Assembly: GCA_020891255.1 (NCBI GenBank)
Contig: BQFW01000003.1
Coordinates: 558,001 to 622,000 of the forward strand
Reading direction: 5' to 3'
Origin: Entomortierella parvispora E1425
Taxonomy: Eukaryota > Fungi > Mortierellomycota
DNA length: 64,000 bases
The notes under the pieces were generated by a model, which did no database searches, was not told the origin of the DNA, and was given only the letters and a program-made list of their open reading frames with translations. Shown piece by piece: positions 12,001 to 23,530 of the stretch. Made by a program: the position numbers and the translations under genes. Every line of letters begins with the position of its first letter. The stretch's first letter is position 1.

Positions 12001-15000
12001 ATTTCCTCGTGGAGATCGGTCTCCGAATCGCTGGGCATAGATCTTGGGGCCAGTTTTGGAAAAAGAAGTCCAACGTGTTCGACTTGTTCCTGGCTGTTAC
12101 AACCACCATTATTCTCTTGCCTCAGATTCACCATTGGGAGTGGTTTCGATACTTGACAGTATTTCAAGTGTTGCGAAGCTATCGACTGATACCCGCTATA
12201 CCAGGAGTCCGAGATCTGATGGTACGTACGAAAAGCCTGAAGATTGTCTGATTCTGTTTAATTCTAACCAACGTTCGTCTTCCTGGTTATTATTTAGCGA
12301 TCGGTGATTGGAAGTGCAACAGGAATGATGAACTTGTTGCTGATTACCTTCATGTTCCTACTGGTCTGTGCACCCATTCCCATGATGCTCTTTGGACACG
12401 ATATGGTCTCCGATTCGGTCCAACCCGTGAACTTTGACGACCTTGGACAAAGTTTCATTGCATTGTTCATTGTAAGTTTGTTGGACATGAAGGCGCACGT
12501 CCATTCTACCTCAGAGATCTAATCGTGAGCTGTCTGATCCATTAGATTTTGACCGGCGAAAATTGGGTCAATGTTATGTACGAAGGCCTGGATGCTCATC
12601 AGGAACGGTGGAAGCAGGCGTACGGCGCCATCTTTTTCGTCATCTACTATTGCGCCTCACATTGTAAGCAACAAGGACATTCTATGGATTGAGACACTCT
12701 AGTGATTGTGGCAGAGTTTCTAACGCCAATCTGAACATTGCCAGATATTCTCCTGAACCTTTTCATTGCTATCATTTTGGAACATTTCGAGCTGGATGAC
12801 GATGAAAAGTACAAGAAGCAGCTCGAGATGTATTTTGAAAGACATCAAAAGTTTAAGACAGACAAGACAAAGGAGTTCTTTCAGTAAGTTTGTTTGCTTC
12901 AATTGCTATTATGATTATAACAATTGTTGTCTAGGCTTTAACATTTCCGCCTGTTCTTCAGATATCTTAATCCCTATGCCTATCTCCCGGCACGACCTCA
13001 AACACTCTCGGTCTATGGGCTGCCGCCTGATCAAGTGGTCGTGATCAGAAAGAACGTTTTCCGGGAGTTTCTGGAGGGAGAACTTGCGCCAGTAAGATCC
13101 AGTCTCTTGAATTTTAAAGTCTTGAAAGCTTTCTCTCTACATATGAAGCGAACTAATGCCCATCTGCCACGTTAATTGCAACAGGACACGAGCGCAATCA
13201 CGGAGACAAAATCAAAATTTATAGTATGGCTAGAGCGAGCTCGAGATTACTGGTTTCCGACATTAGCACAGATTCAGGCCGCCGAAAAGGCCAAAGCGCC
13301 TGTCAAACAAATAAGGCAGGATACAATGACCACCGGGTTTGGAAAGACCCAAGACGAGATTGACGCAGACCTGGAGCGACTGGATGCAGGACTGGAAAAG
13401 ATTTCTTGGGATAAGGATGATGACCAACTGTAAGTAGACATGGCCAATTGCTTGTATCCTTTTTGAAGCAAGATCTAACAGCGCGCACACTATTTGCAAT
13501 GCCTAGGTCCGGTGCAGGATTGGTTACGGAAGAGTATCGCAGCTCTCAAAAATATAGGGAACAGCAACAAAAGGACAACGATCAAACCCACACAAGAGAG
13601 TTTATCGAAGCACACCCAATGTATGACCGTGCGCTCTTCCTCCTGCCAAGCAATAATCGATTTCGGCAATGGTGCCGTCAAATAGTAGGCCCGCGCACAG
13701 GGCGGCAGCTGGTGACCATGAACCGATTCAATTGGTTCATCTTTGCTTGCATCTTGTTGAGTATCGCTGTCGTTATTGCGGATGACCCTATCGACCGGAT
13801 GGAGGCCATGCTTTCAGGAAAGACCCGCCGCCAGGACATTCTGCACGACATTGACCATGTTGCTACAGTCATTTTCGTTGTGGAACAGAGCCTTCGCGTT
13901 CTGGCAGACGGATTTTTGTTTACTCCTACTGCCTATTTATTGGACCTCTGGAACTTTCTGGATATGTTTATTGTCTTGATGAGTTGCGTGATGAGCTTTG
14001 CCGAGATTGACCATCTCTACAGCGTATCCCGTGCCATCCGAGCCCTATCCTGCTTGCGGGTGCTTCGTATTGTCCGTTACTTTGACGGAGTCTCCGCTAT
14101 GTTCAGAGCCATCGCCAAAGCTTTGCCACGTATGATCATCGCCATGATCTTGACAGCCCTCTTGTTTTGGCCGTTTGCCATCTATGGTGTCAACATTTAC
14201 GCTGGATATTTCTATCTTTGCAATGACAACACCATTTTGACCAAAGATAGCTGCGTAGGTGAATTCATGATGGAGCCCAGCGGCGACGAAAACGGAGATA
14301 TCCTGATCCCTCGAACATGGAGTAACCCTTACGATTACAGCTTCGATACGCTCCAGGCCGCCATCTTGACCCTATTCGAGATGGCTTCTCAGGAAGGATG
14401 GGTTTTGGTCATGCAGTCAGGACGCGCCGTTCCTGATCATTTGGGCGATCAGCCATTCATTCAGCCGAATGAGCCCAACCGCTTCAACTCGTTCTATTTT
14501 TTGTTGTTCATGTTGATCGGATCGATTGTTTTCGTCCAAATCTTCATTGGTGTTATCTTGGAGACGTTCAAGACTTGGAATGGTATTTCATTGTTGACAG
14601 TAGAGCAGAGACGATGGATCGATCTTCGACGACAGCTTCGTTTGATCAAACCAACAGCGACACCGGCGAGACCCGAAAACCGCCTTAGAGCTTTGTGCTA
14701 CGACTTGGTCATTAAGAAGAAAGGAATGCTTTGGCGACTCATGACGGTCATTCTCGTCTTGAATGTTTGTTTGATTGCCTCTCAGCACTATGATCAACCG
14801 CAAGTATTGACGGATATCCAAGGTAATGCTCGACTCTGCTCATCATCAAAAAAGAATGGAATATTTGGTTTCTAATTATTTTTTTTTTAATTCGTTTTTT
14901 TTTTAAATAGATGTATCATACTTTGTTTTCCTTGGATTGTACTCTCTTGAGGTCATGATCAAGATGTGTGGATATGGCTTTCACAAGGTAAGTTGACAGA

Positions 15001-17380
15001 TGATGTGACAGGGGTGACGGTATATATGGCGTTTGAGAATCTAACTCTAGCCTCTTCCTGCTTTTATAGTGGCGACTCTCTCGCTGGAACTTGTACGACA
15101 TGGCCATCACTGCTCTTGCCCTTGTCACCCTTATTCCACGTTTTATTGGCCACGAGGTAACTCTTCGTTACAACCCTCTGCACCCTACCTTGACTGAATG
15201 CAATATGCAATCCTGTTGACTCACCTTCCTTTCATTTCTTAGCTCTGGACTCTTCGACTTGAGAAATTCTTGTTGATCACCATCTCCTTCCGTCTTGCAC
15301 AGAGAATCGACTCTTTACAAGTTTTATTCAGAGCATTGGCGTACGAACCCCCTCCATATTATTTGAACACAAGTCGGAGGTTGAGTGATAATCTTTGCGC
15401 TAACGACCGATTTCGACCGATTTTTCTTCTAGAATTGCTCTGGGTTCCATCCTCAACATCACGGCCGTATTCATGGTGGTGTTTACAGTCTATGCCATCA
15501 TGTTCCGTGAGCTCTTTGGAATGACCCGCCTGGGACCTTCGACCACTGGCCTGGCGAACTTTGAGACGTTTGGAAACACTATGTTGATGCTCATCCGCAT
15601 GACTACAGGCGAGAACTGGGACTTTGTCATGCACGACATGATGGTTGAGGCTCCATTGTGCACACCGAACCGGACAACGTATCTTGACAGCGATTGTGGC
15701 TCCCGACCATGGGCTTACTTTCTGTTCCTGTCGTTCTACATCATCTGCACTTACATCTTGTTGAACATGTTCATCGCCGTCATCATCAGCAACTTTTCTT
15801 TTGCGTATCAGCAGGATTCTCTGACGACCCTGATTACACGCGAGGATCTGAGAAACTTCAAAATGACTTGGGCCAAGTTTGATCCACGAGGTACTGGATA
15901 CATTGATCCGAAAGATCTGCCCAAATTCCTGAGGTCGGTCGAAGGTCGTCTCTGCACTAGGATCTACCAAAATCCAGAATTTAGCATTCCTAACCTTGTA
16001 AAGGCGCATGTCCATGCTGGAAGCGGATTGGCCCAAGATCCACGGTCATCGACAGCCACAGAAGGAAATGGAAACCACTCGAGCGCGCCTCCCTCCCCTT
16101 CGATTCATGGCGCTTCTGGCATTCGAACAGCGATTGAAAATTTGGCTGCTAATCGAAAGAGCAACCGATTGTCGGTAGCGAGTCCAGGAGTGTCTGCGAA
16201 TTCGGGCAATGCTGGAGGAAATCACAGCAACGCACCCCCAAGAGCGGTCCCAATTACGATTTCCAGTCCTGGCGATGATCTTGAGAACGAAAAACAACAT
16301 CCGATCGATATGGGTCATATAGACTTGCAGGGTCTTCAACATACACTGTCGAAGATCGATACCATGGAGGTATACCGACGACGGCAGATATACAACTTGG
16401 TGTACAAGGAGGCCATAGCGACGTGTCACTCTCGAGGCATTTCTTTCTATAACATCCTGGACATCCTGTCATTTACACTGGTGGAGGTTGAGCAGGCGCT
16501 TGGGTAAGGTGTCTGTGTATCTGTGATACTATAAGGCGCGGAAGCAGGTGCTAACCCTTTTTGAAATCTTGATGGAGTATAGAATGGAAGAGTTCTTGAG
16601 AAGGAATGAACGGATCAAGGAGCTGCGTGCAGCTGTGGCGCGAGAGACCATCCACAACTTGCTCCTGACCATTATCGCCCGCAGGAATTTCCTGAAGCAC
16701 AGACGGACAAAGCAAAACGCGCGCCTTCGACCAGATGTGCCGCAGATTGTGATTGATACCTCGATTGGAAACGAAGATTCTTCGGGACAGGAGACGTCGC
16801 CGATGCTCACCTCCTCACCGGGAGGCCATCGGTCCCCATTCTTGCAGTCTTCGGGCTTGTTGGATTTCTCCAAGGGGCAGTCGAACTATCCGTCCGATGA
16901 TGATGTTTCACCGCTGTCGTACTCGACAAACACCATGCTGTCGATCAGCTCCAATGACTCCAATGGATGGGAGGCATATGAGTAAGTGATTCAAAACGAG
17001 GACAAGAAGGGTGCCTCTGTTCGATGAGTTGTTATGTGAACAAGAGGATTTACGTCTACTTTTTTATATATATAGACGCGACTCCTACAATCGGCAGTCA
17101 GGTCAAACAGACAGCACGGATTTCGCCCTTGACCAGCGAACTTCTTCTGTGTCCTCAGGAGGAGGATTCACTGTGGACAGCTCCATATGGTTCAGTAAGT
17201 GCCTTGATGAGTGCGTTGATGCATCAAGCGGCAAGCGTTGTCGGGTGTCTTTGTATCCTAACCAGTTCCTTCCCGCCCTTTCCCCCCTTTTCTGCAGACA
17301 TGCTGCAGGACCAGATCCAAGAGCAAGACGAAGCCATCCAGGCACAGTTGTGTCGCTCCTCAGATGCATCGCAGCATTGA
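9025..17380 (+). CDS. CCH1: Four-domain calcium channel alpha subunit, Cch1/NALCN family, many exons
   Basis: Four 6-TM repeats with pore loops SSMEGW, LTGENW, ASQEGW and TTGENW. S4-like segments ALRPLRLL, VLRSYRLI, IRALSCLRVLRIVRYF and LRLEKF..FRLAQR. EF-hand-like WAKFDPRGTGYI. Phase-consistent GT-AG introns were traced through. Two further exons (about 17075-17193 and 17298-17380) extend the C-terminus to ...DASQH*. Confidence 0.92.
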
Positions 17381-17639
17381 AAACGTGGCAGGCCCACAGA
17401 CGTCCGAGGCAGTCGGTTGAGAATGGACACACGAACAGAACGCGATGAAATAGAAACGAAATAAAGGCTCTCAAACTGGTGTGTGGGCGGAGAAATTCCC
17501 AACTCTTTTTGTTCCTGTCTCTGTCGCTGACTCTCCACTTCTCTGCTCGACTCCATCCATCCTCCATTCTTCATTCTCTCTTTGCCTCCCTTCATCACCT
17601 TCATCACTCATACCGTGACGCGATTACTGCCTGGACATC

Positions 17640-20600
17640 ATGTCACCGACGGCGATTGAGGCCCATGCAGGAAATGGCTCCTTGAAGGACCAGCCATCAT
17701 CATTCAGCGCGGATGCGGACTTGGAGAACCCCAGTCTCGACTACATCAAATCATTGACCAACTTGGCCGACATTCAGGAATGTCTTCGTCAGTTGGAGCA
17801 GGAAGAGACCAAAGTCGATGCCGACCTTGACGAGCTCTTGGCAGAACGGGAAGAGCTGGAGGCTAGTTTGGACAAGCTGGAAGTTCTAGAGTAATGCAGG
17901 GGAAATCCGGGATGGCTTTAATACAATGCATTGCATGGCATCAATGAATGTGCAGTACTCATCCTTGTCATTGCTTTGTTTCGTTAACAAAATAGACCAC
18001 AACTAGGCAGTTTACAACACGAGTCCAGTTCACTCGTGAAGATCATTAGCGACACATCAGGACTAGCCGAGAATATCAGCGTCAAGGTCCGGCAGTTGGA
18101 CTTGGAGCAGTCGCGAGTGCAGTTGGCAATCAAGCATGTGGAAGATATACAGGAGCTTAAGCACTGTATCTCGGGTATTCAACGAGCTATGGAACAACTG
18201 GATTACGAGGACGCTGCTCGCCATATGCACAAGGCACTCGGATTCGACAAGGCAATCTTGCAAGGATCCTTTGCAGAGATCTCGGTGGTAAATATGCCCT
18301 TCCTGACCCGACCTTTATTTCTCATCGGCGGCAAAGGCATGGCGAACAAAGTCTAACCGGGAAAGCTTCTATATTTCAACCTGTATAGCCCACAGCTGCC
18401 AACCCAGAATACCCGACGGTCAGTTTGGCCAACTCCAAGGCCAAGTTGCTGGAGATCGTGTCCACAGAGTTTGACGGTGCGGTTCAGAGACAATCAGCCG
18501 AGGACATTACACGTTACTTCAAAATCTTTCCACTATTGGGAGAGGATCAGGTCGGCCTGGACAAGTACTCTCAGTTTGTCTGCGCGATCGTCTCTGGAAA
18601 GGCACAAGCTTCCTTGGCTGCACCTCGTACGTTCATCTTTTTTCTCTCTCTTTTGGATTGCGGTCAGGACAACGATCTAACTCTTTTTGGCGGATGTTCA
18701 TGGAACACATTTTAGCTCGGACACCGACTTTCTATGCCGACGCATTGATTCGACTTTTCGACTCTGTAGTGGTGATTATTGACCAGCACCAACCTGTGAT
18801 TGAGAACTTTTACGGACCTGGAAAGATGCTTCGTGTCATTCAGCGGTTACAGGAGGAGAGCGATACTCGCAGCCGCAAGATTATGGATGCATTTGAAGAA
18901 GAACGCGATGTTCGCAGAAAGGTAGTGACTCTTTTTCTCTGGCTTGCAGTATGTAACAACTCCAATACCAAGGAAAACACAGCACTGACTTCAACTTTTT
19001 TTCAAAACAATAGATTAACGATATTAAGGCGTTCAAGGATGTACCAAAATGGACTAACCCCCATCTCTCAGCACCGACCAGGACAGGAACTCCTCAGCCA
19101 GGAATGCAAAACTCACAGCAGTCTGCGCTGACACCAGAAACAATTGACCCTCGTGAGCTGGATGTCGTTTTGAACGAGATGGTGTTGATCTCTCAGCGCT
19201 CGCACATGTATAACCGCTTTTTGGAGACGAGAGCCAAGGTAAAGAATATATATCTGAGAAGGCTGTCCATGACCTGAGGAAACCTATGTCAAGTTACTGA
19301 TGTGCGATTCATATCTGTTAAAAAAAAATAGTCTGAAATGAAGCACTTGGAAAAGGATGACAAAGCTAGCAGCGATACGGTGTCGGTCGTAAAGCCAACA
19401 AATGCAGCCTACAACGAATCAGGACTGCTGCGGGTGTCTGGATTGTCGTCAAAACTGGAGGAGCTCATGGATCATTACCTTGTCATAGAAGAGTTCTTCT
19501 TGCGGAGAAGTGTGGACAAGGCCATGAAGATTGACGAGTATGATGCAGGCAACCAGACGTCGAGCTGTGTGGACGACGTGTTTTATATCCTAAAGAAGAC
19601 CATCTCGAGAGCTGTCTTTACATCCAACGTGGATTGCTTGGGGGCTATGATCAACTTTATTCAACGGACACTGGAGATGGACTATTTGACGGTTTTCCAA
19701 AAGAGCATGGCATCTGTGTTCTCTAACGGGGACTCTAGGGAGGCCCGGTTCCAGTATATGGTAAGACACCTAGACTTTTTTGGATGCTTTCCCTGAGATA
19801 CAGCTGAGCGCCTCTATTCACATCTTTACCTCTCTTTGCAAACTCACCGTAGCTATTGTTGAACAACATAAACGTCAGTGTGGACTATGTGGAGAAGCTG
19901 ACGGCGGAGATTGAGCAGGACTGCATCTCGTCCATGAACTCACTTTCGGAGCATGCACTTGCCAAAGCGAAGGCTGTCTTGTCAGGACTGGCATCATCCT
20001 CGAGCAAGTTCAAGCAAACGTTGAATCAAGGACTGGAAGAGCTGTTTGAGAAGACTCTATTGCCAAGATTGATGCCGTTGTTGCAAACATCTTATACGGA
20101 AATCAAGTATGTCCTGTCAGACGAAGAGTATGCGGAACAAGAGGCTGTCAATAGTTTTGTTCACCGGTACATGTCTGGACTGGATGCACTGCTTGAGCCA
20201 TTCAAGGTAGGCATATTTTTTTGAACATCACTTAGGATTTCGTTCATCTCATCTCTATCCGCCTTCTGACTTTTTTTTTTTTTTTTTTTTGGTTCCTCTT
20301 CATATCAATATAGTCTGCTCTAACGGAAGACAATTACAACCACATGGTGGTCAGTGCAGTGAGTAATTTGACGAGAATCTGGGAACGAATCATCTTCAAG
20401 ACCCGATTCAACAAACTTGGCGCCATCCGATTCGAGAAGGATCTGCGTGCGGTGGGATTCTACATGGTCTCGTTGACTACGTTCCCTCTGCGGGAGAAAT
20501 TGACACGGTTGAACCAGATGGCGATGTTGTTGGATCTAGAAGAGTTGGATGATCTGTACGAGATCTGGGGCAACAATGCGGGAGCCATTACATGGCGCCT

Positions 20601-20679
20601 CACAGATCAGGAGGTCAGGAGGGTCCTTGGATCCAGAGTTGACTTCCATCCAGATGATGTCGCACGTTTGAGACTTTAA
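17640..20679 (+). CDS. COG4: Conserved oligomeric Golgi complex subunit 4, 8 exons
   Basis: VRQLDLEQSRVQLAIKHVEDIQELK, RYFKIFPLLG..GLDKYSQFVC, TSSCVDDVFYILKK, FNKLGAIRFEKDLR, REKLTRLNQMAMLLDLEE, WRLTDQEVRRVLGSRVDF. Consistent GT-AG introns. Confidence 0.92.
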
Positions 20680-20892
20680 TTGAGTGTGGCCAACTCTTCT
20701 GGCAACTTTTTGAAATAAACCCCCATTATCCCTTTCTTCTTCTCAAAGTAGAGCATCATTTGTGCTTTTGAATGTATCAATGAACTCAAGTAAAGAGGTT
20801 CAAAAAGTCGTGGGAGGGGATGGCCGCGACGCTATTTTGTAGATCAGTCTTCCAACGACAGAGAGAAGCAATTTTTTTTTATTCTTGTTTAA

Positions 20893-21750
20893 TCAGGGCT
20901 CTTTTCCCACTAAAGGTACCATCCCTTCTCCTTCTTCCTGCTGATATTTTCGAATGAGATCACGCAAGGAATCCTTGATGAAAAGAGTGAGGATGAACAC
21001 ACAGAGACCCAAGGCGGTGGCGGCCGTGTTGGCTGTATCGAGGATAAATTTCCAAATCAAACCTCCGGTCCAGGATGCTTTTGTTCCACAATGATAACAG
21101 AGGTACTCTACGCCAGGGAGTGATCCTCCTTCGACCTCGTCTTTTGCAGTTTGCATCAGGAGATAAAAGACCGTGAGATCATCATCCGGAGGCATGGTTA
21201 TGACAGGCGAATAGGAACTCGCTGTAAACATTCGCATGCTATTGTCTGTCCCGCTGGTCCAGCCGTATTTGAATTCCGTGGCTTGATGAGGCACCGATCC
21301 CGCGGGGAGTTCGTAATACATGAGGGCGCCTGCCGTCGTGATAATGGCTTGATAGTTGTCGTTCCAAAAGTTGAAATTAAAGTCTTGTACCGTCAGACGG
21401 ACGTTGTCATTGCATTGGATGCCCATAAAGATCTTGAAGGTGGGGAGAAACCGAGCTGAAAAGACCTCTTGGATCGTCGTGTTGTAAACAGTACAGTTCG
21501 TTGGATGAAACCCGTCATATTTTTGCAATTGCTGTTCGGTCGTCATGGTCAATTGGTCATAAAATAATTGGGTTCCAGATGGTAGCAGGGTCTGTTGGCA
21601 TCCTTTCGAGTAGGTTGTGTCATAGTATGGAGAGCAGGTGGAGGAAAAGTTCAGAAAAGCGATGGCGACAGCTGCTACAGCGACGACGAGTCGGAGGACC
21701 GTTGCCTGGAATGTGCTGAACTTGGATTTAACCGCAAACGAGTCCAGCAT
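20893..21750 (-). CDS. Uncharacterised 285-aa membrane protein (2 TM helices flanking a Cys-containing ectodomain), single exon
   Basis: Uninterrupted ORF. Hydrophobic segments LRLVVAVAAVAIAFLNF and FILDTANTAATALGLCVFILTLFI. Six Cys and N-glycosylation sequons (NFS, NCT, NTT) lie between them. Confidence 0.75.
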   Translation of the reverse strand: MLDSFAVKSKFSTFQATVLRLVVAVAAVAIAFLNFSSTCSPYYDTTYSKGCQQTLLPSGTQLFYDQLTMTTEQQLQKYDGFHPTNCTVYNTTIQEVFSARFLPTFKIFMGIQCNDNVRLTVQDFNFNFWNDNYQAIITTAGALMYYELPAGSVPHQATEFKYGWTSGTDNSMRMFTASSYSPVITMPPDDDLTVFYLLMQTAKDEVEGGSLPGVEYLCYHCGTKASWTGGLIWKFILDTANTAATALGLCVFILTLFIKDSLRDLIRKYQQEEGEGMVPLVGKEP

Positions 21751-23395
21751 TTGGGGAGAAGAGGCAGTGGAGAAAAGGGGGAAGTGGATGCCAAAACGGT
21801 GGGTGGGGGACGAGTCATGTTCTTATAGTTATACCTTGTTCCCCGGTATTGTGTGGCAATGCCAGGGCTTGGATCTCACAAAGAAAAAAAAAATTCAAGA
21901 ACGAATGGCAAAACGGGCAAAGTCTGCCATGCTCACTGTTTTCCAGCCATTTTTTTTTCTTTTAGCTCCGCCATTTCTGTTCCCCGAGGACACAGCAACA
22001 CCCTTTGCCCCCATATCAAGGTTTGGATTTGCTTTGCCAACCTTAGCGCCGTCGTCGTTAGAAGACGGACCTCCTCTTTCCTTGGACACCATCTATCAGG
22101 CCAACTCTTAGCTCTCGTTCCACGTTCTTTGATCTTTGTTTCGTTTTCCTGCGTGAACAGGGGCGAGTATTGAGTATTGACAGGAACTAAACGCAGCTCA
22201 TTCGTCAGGTCTTGGAAGATTACATTGACGCGATCCTGGCGAGGACACGTTCAAAGGCTTGAACAACCAGTCTCTCGATCAGAGTGCGATTCCTCATTTC
22301 GCGGGCAAAGGCAACGCAATGACGCAAGGCTCCGCCGCGCCTTCTTTGTTCAACACCTCTTGGGCGTAAAAGCGCAATCCAAACCCATCTCCTTCCGGGA
22401 TTTTTTGTCAAGGTGGGATGAAAAGACAAGGAAAAAGAGAAACCTAGCCACCCCTCGACGGTGACTAGTATTCCCACCTTCAGCACATACTACGTTTACT
22501 CTGCTTTCGCAGAGATGGACGCGTAGCACGACACAGCTCTCCCTCAAGGCTACACTGATACGAGGAGAGACTTTTTTGTGTACCAATGCAGTTGAGTGAA
22601 GTCTTGCCCGAGCCCGCATTTGAACTCGGGCGTGCAGCTTCACAGGCGGCTGAATTCCCATTGCACTGCAGTCCTCTTTTTTGCGGTCAGTGCCATTTGA
22701 ATTGATGTTTCACGCGACCTCGAGCATTGACCATGTGGCATGGGCGAAGCATGATTTTTTAAAAAAAAAAACCAAAAAAAAAAAAAAAAAGGCCCTCCCC
22801 CCCTTGGCCCACTACTTATGGCACGAATCTCAGCCTTTCCAACTCCTTCTGTACAGGGGCTTTTTCAGAGTTACTCTCTTCTATCTCTGGGAGGGGGAGT
22901 GAGGCCTACTCGAGACATTTAACCATTGATTCGAATAAGGATTGCCTGCCATTATCTGCAAATGGGAAGATCAGTCACCTCAGTGGCTGCACACAAAGAC
23001 ATAGGGTTCCCTAGACGGGATATGAAAATCCGGGGGGGAGAATAAAGAGCGAGAAAGTAGGACGGGGGTAGCAGCTGAGGACTGACTGACTCTACCAATG
23101 TGAGGCCGGGCCGCGCTTGTGCCGCACACTGCCCAAAGATCAATGGAGATCTGGATTCATTTGCCAAGAGGACCATCATCCACCCTTTGAGGATAAGGAC
23201 GTCTTTGTTCGATTTGAAGCTCCGAAGCAAATGAGCCACTGTAGCCATCCGCTTGGCGCCCGTCGCCAAGAAAGTTTGATTCAGGGAGACCAGTGCTAGT
23301 ATTTTCTTTCAATTCCTAGAACGGTAGAACCATGCATCCGACCAATATTTCCTTTTCGGCGATCTTCCCATGACCCCCTAATGCTTTCACAAGTG

Positions 23396-23403
23396 TATAA
23401 AAA
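23396..23403 (+). promoter_or_regulatory. TATA box upstream of the monooxygenase
   Basis: TATAAAAA about 130 bp before ATG 23531, followed by a pyrimidine-rich leader. Confidence 0.45.
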
Positions 23404-23530
23404 CGTCCTCTGCGAAAACAAACGTCTTATTCTCACTCGCACACTCGATTGCATATTCCCTTCCCAGCAACCTTTATCTAAATCATCTCCATCTCTCCTC
23501 TCTCTACTTTTCTCTTTCTCTGTACTCTCC

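Noticed and set aside
13454-13463. GTATCCTTTT, a U12-type 5' splice signal inside the Cch1 gene
   Set aside because: It lies within an ordinary U2 intron (GTAAGT at 13430, CTAAC branch, TAG at 13506) whose phase fits the protein. No U12 branch site follows. The ATATCCTTT in GH5 intron 1 is dismissed likewise.
20893-21750. Orphan membrane protein as Mid1/FAM155, the auxiliary subunit of Cch1
   Set aside because: It is too short, has too few Cys for the Mid1 Cys-rich domain, and has a different topology.
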